A stretch of DNA of 63,000 bases, counting the filler, from Diploschistes diacapsis (taxonomy: Eukaryota): assembly GCA_023645945.1 (NCBI GenBank). It is 23 parts of 23 records of this genome, joined end to end, with 100 filler letters (N's around TTAATTAATTAA, not from the genome) between each part and the next. Parts side by side here need not be neighbours in the genome. Positions count along the whole stretch, not along the records: positions 1 to 1,104 come from JALAIB010003941.1; positions 1,205 to 2,307 come from JALAIB010003942.1; positions 2,408 to 3,510 come from JALAIB010003943.1; positions 3,611 to 4,713 come from JALAIB010003944.1; positions 4,814 to 5,916 come from JALAIB010003945.1; positions 6,017 to 7,118 come from JALAIB010003946.1; positions 7,219 to 8,320 come from JALAIB010003947.1; positions 8,421 to 9,522 come from JALAIB010003948.1; 15 more parts are not named here. The stretch is one strand, 5' to 3'. The notes beneath the pieces are model-generated. The model was not told the origin of the DNA. It saw only the letters and a list, made by a program, of their open reading frames with translations, and ran no database searches. Position 1 is the stretch's first letter. Each line of letters begins with the position of its first letter. The position numbers were made by a program, and so were the translations under genes. Below, piece after piece: positions 1 to 10,823 of the stretch.

Positions 1-140
1 GTAGGCTGAATGGTTCAGATTCGAAAAGGTGAAGAAGGAACTATCTAGGTGGGAGCAGGGCACATATAAATACTGGGTGCTAGCCCTACCAGCCCTACCA
101 GGGTTCAACCCTTGAACCCACAAACATTCAGGATGTTCCA
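1..140. mobile_element. LTR fragment, family D (ends ...GATGTTCCA)
   Basis: Near-identical to 39456-39596; ends in CA. Confidence 0.6.
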
Positions 141-734
141 AGGTACTCGTTATTTTTCGTTATTAAGAAATACGAACTCCGGATATCTTTCGACACCAAT
201 AAATTAACGAAATAAAGAATTATTATTTACGAAAGAATAAATAATCGAAGTATTAATACTATCGTCGAAATCATATAAAACATTTAAAACTTTATAAAGC
301 GACATATGGCCCTAACGTAAGAACAATAGAAACAATACGCGGACGAATATCGACGTCTCGTCGAAAAGATTAACCCCGATAATTTAATTTAATTAAATAT
401 ACGTAATATTAGAATTACTCGAGCCTATAAGAAACTAAATAATAAATAAAACGGCCCTTATAACGTACTACGAAAACTAAACGACGTTAATTACGAACTA
501 AATTTATTAACGTCGATAAAATAATTTAAAACCTTTTATTCGTTCTTACTTTTAAAAGACCCGTAGGACCTATTAAAAAAACAAACGTACCTTAAATTAT
601 TCCCGATAGAAACGAAAGTCAGAAAAGAATAAGAACTCGAGGAAATCCTCGATACTGAACGTAGCCCGGAGCGAAAACTAAACGTCCAATATAAAGTACG
701 TTAAATAAAATAGTTATCCGACGATAACTAATAT

Positions 735-1104
735 TAGGCTGGCCGTCACTGACAGTGTCAGTATCCGTGTTTTAGATTTTTTAGCTGCGGTGTCCGTGTC
801 CGTGGATTCACGGAAGTACAGTGTCCGTATTAATATTAATGTTTTAAATTTTTTAATTACAGTGTCCGTGTCCGTAGATTCACGGAAATATAATGTTCGT
901 ATCAATGTCCGTATTTAAAAAGTTTTAGTTACGATGTCCGTATCCGTGTATTTATTATAATGTAGTATCCGTATCCGTGTCCATATTTTAAAAAAACTTT
1001 TTTAAAAATAAAAGCGTGAGAAATAAACGTGATAATTTTAAAAATATTAAAAAAAAAGTGTTTTCGTGTTTTTATTATAGTATAATATTCGTATTAATGG
1101 ATTT
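735..1104 (-). mobile_element. TAGGCTGGCCGT MITE, 3' portion (subfamily 2)
   Basis: Terminus TAGGCTGGCCGTCACTGAC at 735, followed by GTGTCCGT repeats. Confidence 0.85.
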
Positions 1105-1204
1105 NNNNNNNNNNNNNNNNNNNNNNNNNNNNNNNNNNNNNNNNNNNNTTAATTAATTAANNNNNNNNNNNNNNNNNNNNNNNNNNNNNNNNNNNNNNNN
1201 NNNN
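1105..1204. other. Artificial contig linker (44 N + TTAATTAATTAA + 44 N), repeated about 25 times in the window
   Basis: An identical 100-bp block with stops in all six frames recurs every ~1.2 kb and at the ends of both long contigs. Confidence 0.98.
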
Positions 1205-1629
1205 AATCACGCCTTAAAGATTCCTTTTTAAGTATTATTTATAGCACTGCCGCCTGATTACGTAATTATTATCGACGTTATTAATATCTAAATCGACAAT
1301 GTTTTATCCGTTATTATCGATTACGATAAATAGTTTAATAGATTAATCGATAAATAAATTAAAACTAATAGAAGAAATCGCAGTATATTTATTCCGTTAA
1401 AAAGAATCCTTTTAACGATCCGACGAGAAGCGACGCCGCCATTCTAACTTAAGAAACTTATTTAAAAGATATTTATTTTCTAATAATAATAATTATCGCG
1501 CGATACGCTATAAACTCGCGAAAGAATTTTGAAAAATAACCATCGTAATAAAGAATAAGAACCGAAAGGAGAAATCCCGAGATATCCGTAATAAGCAAAA
1601 AGGCAAGAATAAACGCGTCTATGACGCAG

Positions 1630-2162
1630 TGTTACGATCTAGGTAGCTGACCTGTCACGTCCTAGTCACTCATTTAGGAATTTACTGACGCGTGTGTCAC
1701 GTTGTTACCATCCAGGTAGCTGACCTGTCACGTCCCAGCCACTCACTTAAGGAACTCACTGACGTGTGTGTCACGTGAGCTGTTGGAGCGAGAGGAGCCG
1801 GTCCATGGGCTCCGTGGGAGCAATAAACGGCGCTCCCTCTGCTTTATAAGAGCCACCGTTACCGCTCCCTTCGCTCCAAAAAAACAAAAAAAGTCGATAC
1901 TAATGTTTTATCGAAGGTTTCGATATATAATTTTTAAATCAAATTATTTATATCCTACGAGTTTATTTTTATAAATATCTTTAACGATTATTTAAGATTA
2001 ATCTATATTCGGTATTTTTATTATTAAATAATAATCTTTTTAAAAATCAAAACAAATTTATTACCGATTTATTTCTTCTTTTTCCATAATTTTCTTTTAT
2101 CAGAAACTAAATCATCTTAATTAATACCTCGTGTCTACGTTATAAAAATAAAGATTATAATA
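1630..2162 (+). mobile_element. LTR family B variant with a duplicated 73-bp 5' end
   Basis: TGTTAC(G/C)ATC starts at 1630 and 1703; the 3' end CTCGTGTCTACG...AGATTATAATA matches the end of the 35875-36328 copy. Confidence 0.65.
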
Positions 2163-2407
2163 TTTAAATATTTTTAAATAAATATATTAAAAAATACGAT
2201 CGAGTGATCGTTAAAAATTAAATCTATATTATTTTAAGTAATACTCGATTTCAATATAATTATAACGGACACCGCGAAATTAAAAGAAACGATCTTAAAA
2301 GTAACGANNNNNNNNNNNNNNNNNNNNNNNNNNNNNNNNNNNNNNNNNNNNTTAATTAATTAANNNNNNNNNNNNNNNNNNNNNNNNNNNNNNNNNNNNN
2401 NNNNNNN

Positions 2408-3510
2408 ATTTAAAGACATTTTCAACTTCTATTGTATCTATATTATATTCCGTTCTATTAACTAAATAGTAGGGCGGTGATTATTCAAAATCATTTCTAA
2501 CTTCCGTTGTATCTATCTTATCCAGAGGTGTTCTTCCAGGTAATTACATCAGGCAGCACGTCCGCCGCCCTCTTCTCTCTCCCACCTCTTTTCCGACCAC
2601 ACCTTTCAGACAAGCGGCAGCAAATAAGTAAGCAAGAGGTAGGCAAGCAGGTCAATACATAAACATAAAGTAAGCAAGAAAGCATAAAGTAGAAAAGTTA
2701 ATCATATAAAAAAATAAATAAATAAATATATAAATAAGTATTAAATAGGTAAGCAAAGAAGTAAGCCTGTTATGAAACTAATAGATTAACCAGCTAACAA
2801 GCTTATATACTGACTTCTCATAATCCGAATAGGTTATTCGGTAAAGACCGAGCCATCAAAAGTTTAATTTTCGAGATATAGAATAGTTTTCCTAATATTT
2901 GCTGTTATAGAGTAGTATTAGATCCTTAATATAAAAAAGATGGGCCTTCGTATAAATACTCTTGTGGTATAAATCGATTATCTGGCTCTTCCGACGTTCT
3001 ATTCTAGTAGAAGTTTTTTTTATATCTTTATCCCGGTTTTCTAGTTGTCTTGTTCTTGTTGCTAAAAGATCGGTACGGTCGTGAATATCGTTCTATAATA
3101 ATATTATTTACGTAATAACTTCCGTTTTGATTGGTAAGACATATTCTGTTTTATATAACAATGAAAATGAAGTTCTTTCCGTAGTGGTATTAACCGAGAT
3201 TCGTTTTGTTTAAAGTATTAAAAATAAAGCCGATATTTAGTTTCTTTTCCCGTTATTAGTTAATTTGTTTAGTGCATCTATGACCACGCGATGATTATGC
3301 TTAATTAAACCATTTGTAGGAGGATTATAGGCCGAAATCTGGGTTCGTTGAATTCCGTATTTAATTAAAAGATCGATAATTTCTATTTTATTTTTTGGGT
3401 TATCGTCGACGATTATCTTTCCGAACATCTCGTGTCGATAGATTAGTTTTTTATGAATGAACTTAGTAACCGTTTTTAAATCGTTCTTAATAATGGTTCG
3501 TGTTTTAATT
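2408..3510 (-). mobile_element. Ty3/Gypsy integrase remnant plus 3' region, RIP-mutated
   Basis: ORF 3237-3428 reads FGKIIVD..P.NK...YGIQRTQISAYNPP.NGLI (integrase core); a degraded KLNF.WLG.YRIT (GPY motif) lies near 2830-2870. Confidence 0.85.
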
Positions 3511-3610
3511 NNNNNNNNNNNNNNNNNNNNNNNNNNNNNNNNNNNNNNNNNNNNTTAATTAATTAANNNNNNNNNNNNNNNNNNNNNNNNNNNNNNNNNN
3601 NNNNNNNNNN

Positions 3611-4030
3611 GTATTATTACGATTCCGAATATATATTTTTATATAAGTTCGTAATTCTTTATCTTTAATCGTTGTATATATAAGGTTGAGATAGCGTTTA
3701 TAATGGTATCTAAATCGATTAATATCCGCACGGTATATCGTTTTAATCCAATTTCGAGGTCGGTTTAAATCCGTTTTATTTGAATACGCGTGTTAACGCT
3801 TATGTTTATAATATATAACTTTTTAATATAATTTATAATTAAAAAACCTTAACTTTTCCTATAACTTATTTTTATATTAAGTATATTTCGTCGTGATAAT
3901 ATTTATATTTCTTATTTTTATAATAAAGGTCGTTTCATTCTTTATATTTAAAATGCATGAGGTTTAACTCGTTAACTCTTATATTCTTTGCGATTTTTAA
4001 CCGAAATCTATAGTCGTGGTGTGCTAGGAT
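3611..4030 (-). mobile_element. Possible Gypsy aspartic-protease remnant
   Basis: Minus strand near 3690-3735 reads TVRILIDLDTIINAIS, which restores to ILIDSGA..NAIS if C>T/G>A changes are reverted. Confidence 0.35.
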
Positions 4031-4625
4031 TAGGCTGGCCGTTGCGTGCCACGGTCACTGACACGGACACTACCGCGAAAATTTTCTCGGCACGGACACT
4101 TCCACGGACACTACATTGCAATAAAAGCACGGACACGGACACTACGACTAAAAATTTTAAAACACGGACACTTCCACGGACACTATACTGCAATAAAAGC
4201 ACGGACACGGACACTACGGCTAAAAATTTTAAAACACGGATACTAACACGGACACGACCGTGTCAATAAATCTATTAATATTATAATAAATTTATCGAAA
4301 TATTTTTTTTATAAAAAATAAAAGCGTAAAAAATAAACGTAATAATTCTAAAATTATTAAAAATAAAAAAAATATTTCGATAAATTCACGAACACGATAA
4401 TAAATTTATTAACACGAATATTACGATTAAAAAATTTAAAACACGAATATTTTTATAAATATTATATTATAATAAAAACACGAACACGAACATTATAATT
4501 AAAAATTTTAAAACAGGGATATTTCCACGGATATTACATTACAGTAAAAGCACGGACACGGACACTACGGCTAAAAATTTCAAAACACGGACACTGCCAC
4601 GGCCGTGTCCGTGACGGCCAGCCTA
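4031..4625 (+). mobile_element. Complete ~595-bp MITE with TAGGCTGGCCGT terminal inverted repeats (hAT-like)
   Basis: TAGGCTGGCCGT at 4031 and ACGGCCAGCCTA ending at 4625; interior made of 72-bp units containing ACACGGACAC. Confidence 0.9.
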
Positions 4626-5241
4626 CAAAGAACGGTAATTCTATTCTTCTACTCATTTATTCTGGGAATAGAAGTTGGACTATATAGGAATTTTTATCAT
4701 GGCTTCCATGAATNNNNNNNNNNNNNNNNNNNNNNNNNNNNNNNNNNNNNNNNNNNNTTAATTAATTAANNNNNNNNNNNNNNNNNNNNNNNNNNNNNNN
4801 NNNNNNNNNNNNNTAATTATTAATTATTTTCGTTAGGTTAATAAATTATTTATAATATTCAAATTAATTAATACTAGTAATATCGAATTTTATGGGGTTT
4901 ACTAGAGACTATATATTGTCGCGAAAATATTAAGAATGGCGTATTTTATATTAAGTAAGCGTGGATATTCGTGGCGTGAGAACTTTAGCGAGTTTTAAGC
5001 GCTAGTTATCGGGCGCTAAATTAGCGGATATTTTAATATATTTTCGAAAAAATAATTTTTTTAAATATTAAAAATATGCTTTTTTTTATTTTCTGATTAC
5101 GTAATAAAAATAATTGGCCTCGTCGCTTTTACCAGGTTTCGGCAGAAATCTTTTATTGATTGAAAAACTTTTCGTGATGTAGCGTGAAATGTGCCTATAA
5201 AAGGCCTCTCACCCTCCGTTGTTTATAGTTATTATTTTTAT

Positions 5242-5916
5242 TGTTGAGCAGACAGGCAGAAGGCATGGCTGGGAGTTCGACTGAGTTCCAGAAGGAGGTT
5301 CAGTTCAGCTAAACTTCCTGGAATTCCAACTAGACCGAATTGGGAATGGTGCAGATGATAGGGCTTAGCGTATCCCATAAAAATAAAAGTCTGTAAAGTA
5401 AGATAGCCTCCTAAGTAAGACCTCTAGACTTCACTATATCCATTACGTTACCAAACAAATTATAAGCCCGGCTTAACATCTACTGTATTACGCTTATCGT
5501 TTATGAAAATACGTCTCCCGACAATTGTTACGATTACGAACTCGGGTACCGATTACGTTACCTATCGCAAATTAAATCGAAAAGATCCGAAAGCCTAGGA
5601 TCTAAATCATAAAACCCTAAAATAAGCTGATTCAAAAATAGAAGTTATACTACTTTAGAAGAACGCGGGACCTTATTACGCTGGCATAAAATATACTTTA
5701 ATAAGAAATACTTAAATCCCGATCATCTGTTTATACAGATTAAAAAAACCTTTCGACCCTTTTTTCCTTTCTCGACAATAATCGAAATTCAATTGAACCG
5801 TTATTAAACCCAATCGATTCTTTGATAATCCTCGAAATCTAATCGAAACGTTATCCTCGTTATTAAACCTATTCAATTACTTAATAATTATTAAAATTTA
5901 GTTAAACTATTAAACC
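5242..5916 (+). mobile_element. Copia 5' LTR (family A, 5242-5457), PBS and leader
   Basis: TGTTGAGCA...CCAAACA followed by AATTATAAGCCC (mutated GGTTATGAGCCC, the tRNA-iMet-type PBS); colinear with 39859-40476. Confidence 0.8.
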
Positions 5917-6257
5917 NNNNNNNNNNNNNNNNNNNNNNNNNNNNNNNNNNNNNNNNNNNNTTAATTAATTAANNNNNNNNNNNNNNNNNNNNNNNNNNNN
6001 NNNNNNNNNNNNNNNNCGATTATTTAATCGAAACCAGAAACGTCGTTTTAAATAAAAAAATATTATAGATTTAGAATCCCGATACCGTATTAATTATATA
6101 AAGAATATATAAATTATAAGATATATAAATAACGACGTTATGGATCTCGATATTTTAATTAATAAATCCCGGTTTAATTAGAAGAAAAGGGTTAAAGGAT
6201 TCAACGAGGGACCTTTAATTAAAGGAAAAAAATATTTCGAATGTAATAAGATTGGTT

Positions 6258-6860
6258 TAGGCTGGCCGTTGCGTGCCACGGTCACTGACACGGACACTAC
6301 CGCGAAACTTCTTTCAGCACGGACACTTCCACGGACACTGCACTGTAGTAAAAGCACGGACACGGATATTACGGTTAAAAATTTTAAAACACGGATACTT
6401 CCACGGACATTATATTACAATAAAAACACGAACACGGATACTACGGTTAAAATTTTTAAAGCACGGATACTTTTACGGATATTATATTATAATAAATCCA
6501 TCGAAATATTACCGTGAATCAATTAAAATATCGCGATAAAAAAATAAAAACATAAATAATAAACGTAATAATTCTAAAATTATTAAAAAATAAATATTAT
6601 TTAAAAATGTTTCGATAAATATACGGATACGATAATAAATTTATTAATACACATATTACGATTAAAAATTTTAAAATACGGATACTTTCACGGATATTAT
6701 ATTATAATAAAAACACGGATACGGATATTACGGTTAAAAATTTTAAAACACGGATATTTCCACGAACACTGCACTACAGTAAAAGCACGGACACGGACAC
6801 TACGGATAAAAATTTCAAAACACGGACACTGCCACGGCCGTGTCCGTGACGGCCAGCCTA
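6258..6860 (+). mobile_element. Complete ~603-bp TAGGCTGGCCGT MITE
   Basis: Both terminal inverted repeats present; colinear with 4031-4625. Confidence 0.9.
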
Positions 6861-6889
6861 AATCGGATTTGTTTCGTAAAGTTATTATA

Positions 6890-7118
6890 TGTTACGATCC
6901 AAGTGACTAGGTGGTAGCAACTTGGCACTTCACAGCTGATCGGGCCTAACCCAACCATTCCTTGTATATAGTCTAATCATGGTAACACCAGTCACGTGAT
7001 GAATAAAAAACCTTAAAGGCTATTTTATTCTTTATAAATAAAACGGAAGAACGATAATTCTACCTATCTATTAACCTATTCCGTTAGGAAGTAATTAGTT
7101 ATATAAGAACCTCTATCA
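6890..7118 (+). mobile_element. LTR family B, 5' part
   Basis: TGTTACGATCCAAGTGACTAGG... is the reverse complement of the end of 38581-39034. Confidence 0.8.
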
Positions 7119-7218
7119 NNNNNNNNNNNNNNNNNNNNNNNNNNNNNNNNNNNNNNNNNNNNTTAATTAATTAANNNNNNNNNNNNNNNNNNNNNNNNNN
7201 NNNNNNNNNNNNNNNNNN

Positions 7219-7901
7219 TCTTTTAATTATATAATGGCCTAATATTATGGATAAGCAAGAAATAAAGTTTAGTTTTTACCTCGATAACTGAAGCTGAATA
7301 TATTGGATTATCATATGCCGCAAAATAGGCCGTATAGTGCGCATAATTCTTAAGAGATATTGGATATTTAGAATTTATAGGACCATTTCCATTTACTATT
7401 AAATTATTAGGAGATAATATTGGTTTTTTAGATCTAATAAAGCACGCGAGAATTAACGATAAATCAAAGTATATCGATATTGCTTATTATTATATACGGG
7501 ATTTAGTCAAACGAGACCGTATTAATATTACTTACATACTTATAGACAAGATGATTACCGACGGATTAACGAAACCACTAAATTACGTTAAACACGACAT
7601 GTTTATTAAAGGACTTGAACTAGTATAAAAGGCATCCAGCTGGACTAGATGAACATGCCGATGATTCCGCCCGTAAGGAAGTATTGAGCAGGCAAACAGA
7701 ATACATGACTAGGAAATTCAACTGAACCTCAGATTCAGGTTCAGTTCAGCTGAACCTACTAAGGTTCCTACTAATCCTAATCGGGAGTAATACAAGTCTA
7801 TAGGGCTTAGTAGATCCTATTAATATAAGAGCTTGCATATAGAATCTTCCTTCTAATTAGATCTCTAGATATCTAGACTTCAATACATGCGTTGCCCAAA
7901 A
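7219..7901 (+). mobile_element. Ty1/Copia RNase H remnant and 3' LTR (family A, ~7682-7901)
   Basis: Reads TS.TEAEYIGLS.AAK, GDN, SK.IDIAY.YIRDLV and MI.DGLTKPL with in-frame stops; a purine-rich tract then precedes the LTR. Confidence 0.92.
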
Positions 7902-8133
7902 TTAATATTACTTCGTTTTAGAAAGCGTATCTTTATTTCGTTCCTTTAAGTATGGCACGGATGTTTATTTCGGTAATTTATATAAATTTTTCGGTAATAT
8001 TATTTTAACTTGACGTGTATGGTATTATCGGTTTTATCTAAATTCCTAAATTTCTCCCTTAATTCTCGATTATAGAAATTAAGTTAAATATATTATCGAA
8101 ACGTATCGCTTTTAATTACTTACCGCTTTAAAG

Positions 8134-8320
8134 TAGGCTGGCCGTTTCGTGCCACGGTCACTGACACGGACACTGCAGCAAAAATTTTCAAAACAAGGAC
8201 ACTGACACGGACACGACAGTTAAAATTTTAAAACACTAACATTAACACGGACACTGCACTTCCGTGAATCCACGGACACGGACATTATAATTAAAATTTT
8301 TAAAACACTGATATTAATAC
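8134..8320 (+). mobile_element. TAGGCTGGCCGT MITE, 5' portion (subfamily 2)
   Basis: TAGGCTGGCCGTTTCGTGCCACGG at 8134. Confidence 0.85.
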
Positions 8321-8420
8321 NNNNNNNNNNNNNNNNNNNNNNNNNNNNNNNNNNNNNNNNNNNNTTAATTAATTAANNNNNNNNNNNNNNNNNNNNNNNN
8401 NNNNNNNNNNNNNNNNNNNN

Positions 8421-8613
8421 AAAAATATAGCTAGAAATATAACTAAATTCTAGAAGGAGGTTCAGTTTAGTTGAACTTCGAGATTCAGTTTAATTAAATT
8501 GAACTGAATTAAATCTCGGTAAGTTCATCTGAACTGAACTTCCCGGGTTCATCCAGTGAACCTCTTGGAACAAGCCGAGCTCACAGCCATGCCTTCCGTC
8601 TGCCTGTTTAACA
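8421..8613 (-). mobile_element. Copia LTR family A fragment inserted in a pogo transposase
   Basis: Ends ...GCCATGCCTTCCGTCTGCCTGTTTAACA, the reverse complement of the family A LTR start. Confidence 0.75.
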
Positions 8614-9458
8614 GATTTAATGATATTACCACCGCATAATTCTTATCTTCTTTAATCACTCGATGTCGCAGTGTTTTCGCCGTTAAAAAGCGCGTTGGCG
8701 TAAAAAACGGATCATATTATTCGATTAAATAGATCGCGTATAATACGTTCGGAATAAATCGAATTATTTTTAATAGCTCGGAATCGAGTTATTACGAATC
8801 GAAACGCTTAAATAAGTTTTATAAATATTAAATTATAATTTATTAATTTTATAATCGTGTTTAATAAACTTTATTCGATTTATCGGATTCTTTTATTTCT
8901 ATTTTATAATCTTTTTTTAATCTCGAATTAATTCGATTTAGATTTATTTTTATTATATAATTTTTTATTAAATGCGACCGAACTGCGAAAGGTCAATAAA
9001 GAATTTAATTAGGCGTTACGAGCCGTTTTAGAACTAATCAACCCGATTCGACGTTATTCGAGTCGAATAACTCGTATATTTAAATCGACGTATATTGAAT
9101 TTATAACGTTTCGTAAAGAAAACCGAAAGTAAAAAACGCTTCTTAATAATCGTAAAAAACGTAAATTAGACAAACGAATCGAATTAAATGGTCGTTTTAT
9201 ATTTAATACAGACGAAGTTCTTAAAATAGTAGTTCGAGCTAAATCGAGTCGGACAGTTTCGAAACGACCTATAACGCGTAAAAAACGTCGTCGCGTTTCT
9301 AAAATCGTGAAGGATGAAAAGGAAAAAAATAGATTCGATTTAAATCGATTAAATTCTGATGGCGACGAACAGGTTGTATCTAAAAACCGTAAAATATTGG
9401 CGATAGTGATTTGAGGTGGCCGGAATCTGGGGGTGGCCGGAATCCCCGTGAAACACGT
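8614..9458 (+). mobile_element. pogo/Fot1 (Tc1-mariner) DDE transposase 3' half with terminal inverted repeat
   Basis: Reads ILPPH.S.LL..LDVAVFSPLK (DDE_1 motif); terminal repeat ...GGTGGCCGGAATCCCCGTGAAACACGT followed by TA. Confidence 0.92.
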
Positions 9459-9622
9459 TATATAAAATAAATAAATTCGCTTCTTTAAAAAAGCCGAGCA
9501 AGCATAATTCCGACATAACGTANNNNNNNNNNNNNNNNNNNNNNNNNNNNNNNNNNNNNNNNNNNNTTAATTAATTAANNNNNNNNNNNNNNNNNNNNNN
9601 NNNNNNNNNNNNNNNNNNNNNN

Positions 9623-10089
9623 CCCCCCCACAGCCCCCTCGCCGGCGGCTTCCTAACCGGCAAAGTTACCTTCCGCCCCCCGACGACACCACCATGTCCA
9701 CCACCAGCAACCCCGACTCCAGTTTGCACCGCACCCGCTGGGAAGGCGACTCCGAGCTCACCATGTACACCAAGTTTTTCAAGCAGCCCGCGATGCACGA
9801 CGCGCTGCGCAAATTCAAAGCCACGCTGGACGGGCACAACGCCCGCCACGCCTCCTCTGCGGAGCCCATATCCCTGACGGAAGCCTCACTCAGGCTGGTC
9901 ATGTATCACTTGGCGCTGAGGGGGGAACATGGCGACGCGATCATCCTGGACGCGAAGAGGGAGGAGCAGTTGAAGGGAAATCTGGAGGCGTGTCGCAAGG
10001 GCCCGTTGCCGGAGGAGCCGGCGAGGGCGGGGGAGGAGATGTGGAGGGCCGTTAGGGGGTGCAACGAGGAGAAGGATACTTATTTGTAG
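9623..10089 (+). pseudogene. Aldo-keto reductase (AKR7 / aflatoxin B1 aldehyde reductase-like), 3' part, frameshifted
   Basis: SPLAGGFLTGK at 9632-9664 is in a different frame from the downstream ISLTEASLR...GDAIIL.A..EQL..NL..CRKGPLP segment. Confidence 0.7.
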
Positions 10090-10823
10090 TGTAAGGGGGG
10101 GAATGGGGGTTTATGGATGCTGTGGTAGGGTTCTAGCTGGATGGCTTGCCACTGAGTACAGCACAAGTGATATGGGTATGGTTTTTTATAGAGAGCATTA
10201 GCAGCCTGGGTTGGCACGAAACTGTATAGCAACAAAGCTTTTGTGTAGCGTTGGAGCTGGTGGATGGACTCTGCACTTCCTGCTAGACCTATCAGGTGTT
10301 GATTCAAATATTGGGGTGCCTCGATATCAACACTCTGTGGTGCTATCAGAGATCGTCACTCGACTCGACACTACTTGCTGCCTTTGCTACAGCTGCAGGG
10401 ATGATAGCGAGGGGCCGGTAAATGGTGTCCAGCAGTAGTGACAGAAGGGTTGTGTACTTAATCAGACAAACAATAGTGATCGCGAACAGTGGTCATTAGA
10501 TGCATGCTATTGTAGAAGAGCTCTGAAAAACTGCGGAGCTAGTCCGAACATATCCCCAAGAAAGCAAATTTGAAAAATCAAGACAACCATCTACCTCGAA
10601 AGAACTGTTTCTGCAGAGCAGAGGTGCCGATAGACTCCAAGAGCGCGATGATCAAAACTGTAGAGAGTCACTGTTGACGATGCTTGAGCCTCTTCATTTC
10701 TCCTTCGTCCTTTACTCCCTCCCNNNNNNNNNNNNNNNNNNNNNNNNNNNNNNNNNNNNNNNNNNNNTTAATTAATTAANNNNNNNNNNNNNNNNNNNNN
10801 NNNNNNNNNNNNNNNNNNNNNNN

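Noticed and set aside
1105..1204. Regularly spaced TTAATTAATTAA elements
   Set aside because: Artificial concatenation linker. Neighbouring contigs are unlinked, so no synteny can be inferred across them.
3988..4269. ORFs with TDTDT/HGH repeats (also 714-905 and 6269-6539) and a CRISPR-like repeat/spacer appearance
   Set aside because: These are translations of the 72-bp MITE unit. The apparent spacers are themselves repeated, there are no cas genes, and the DNA is eukaryotic.
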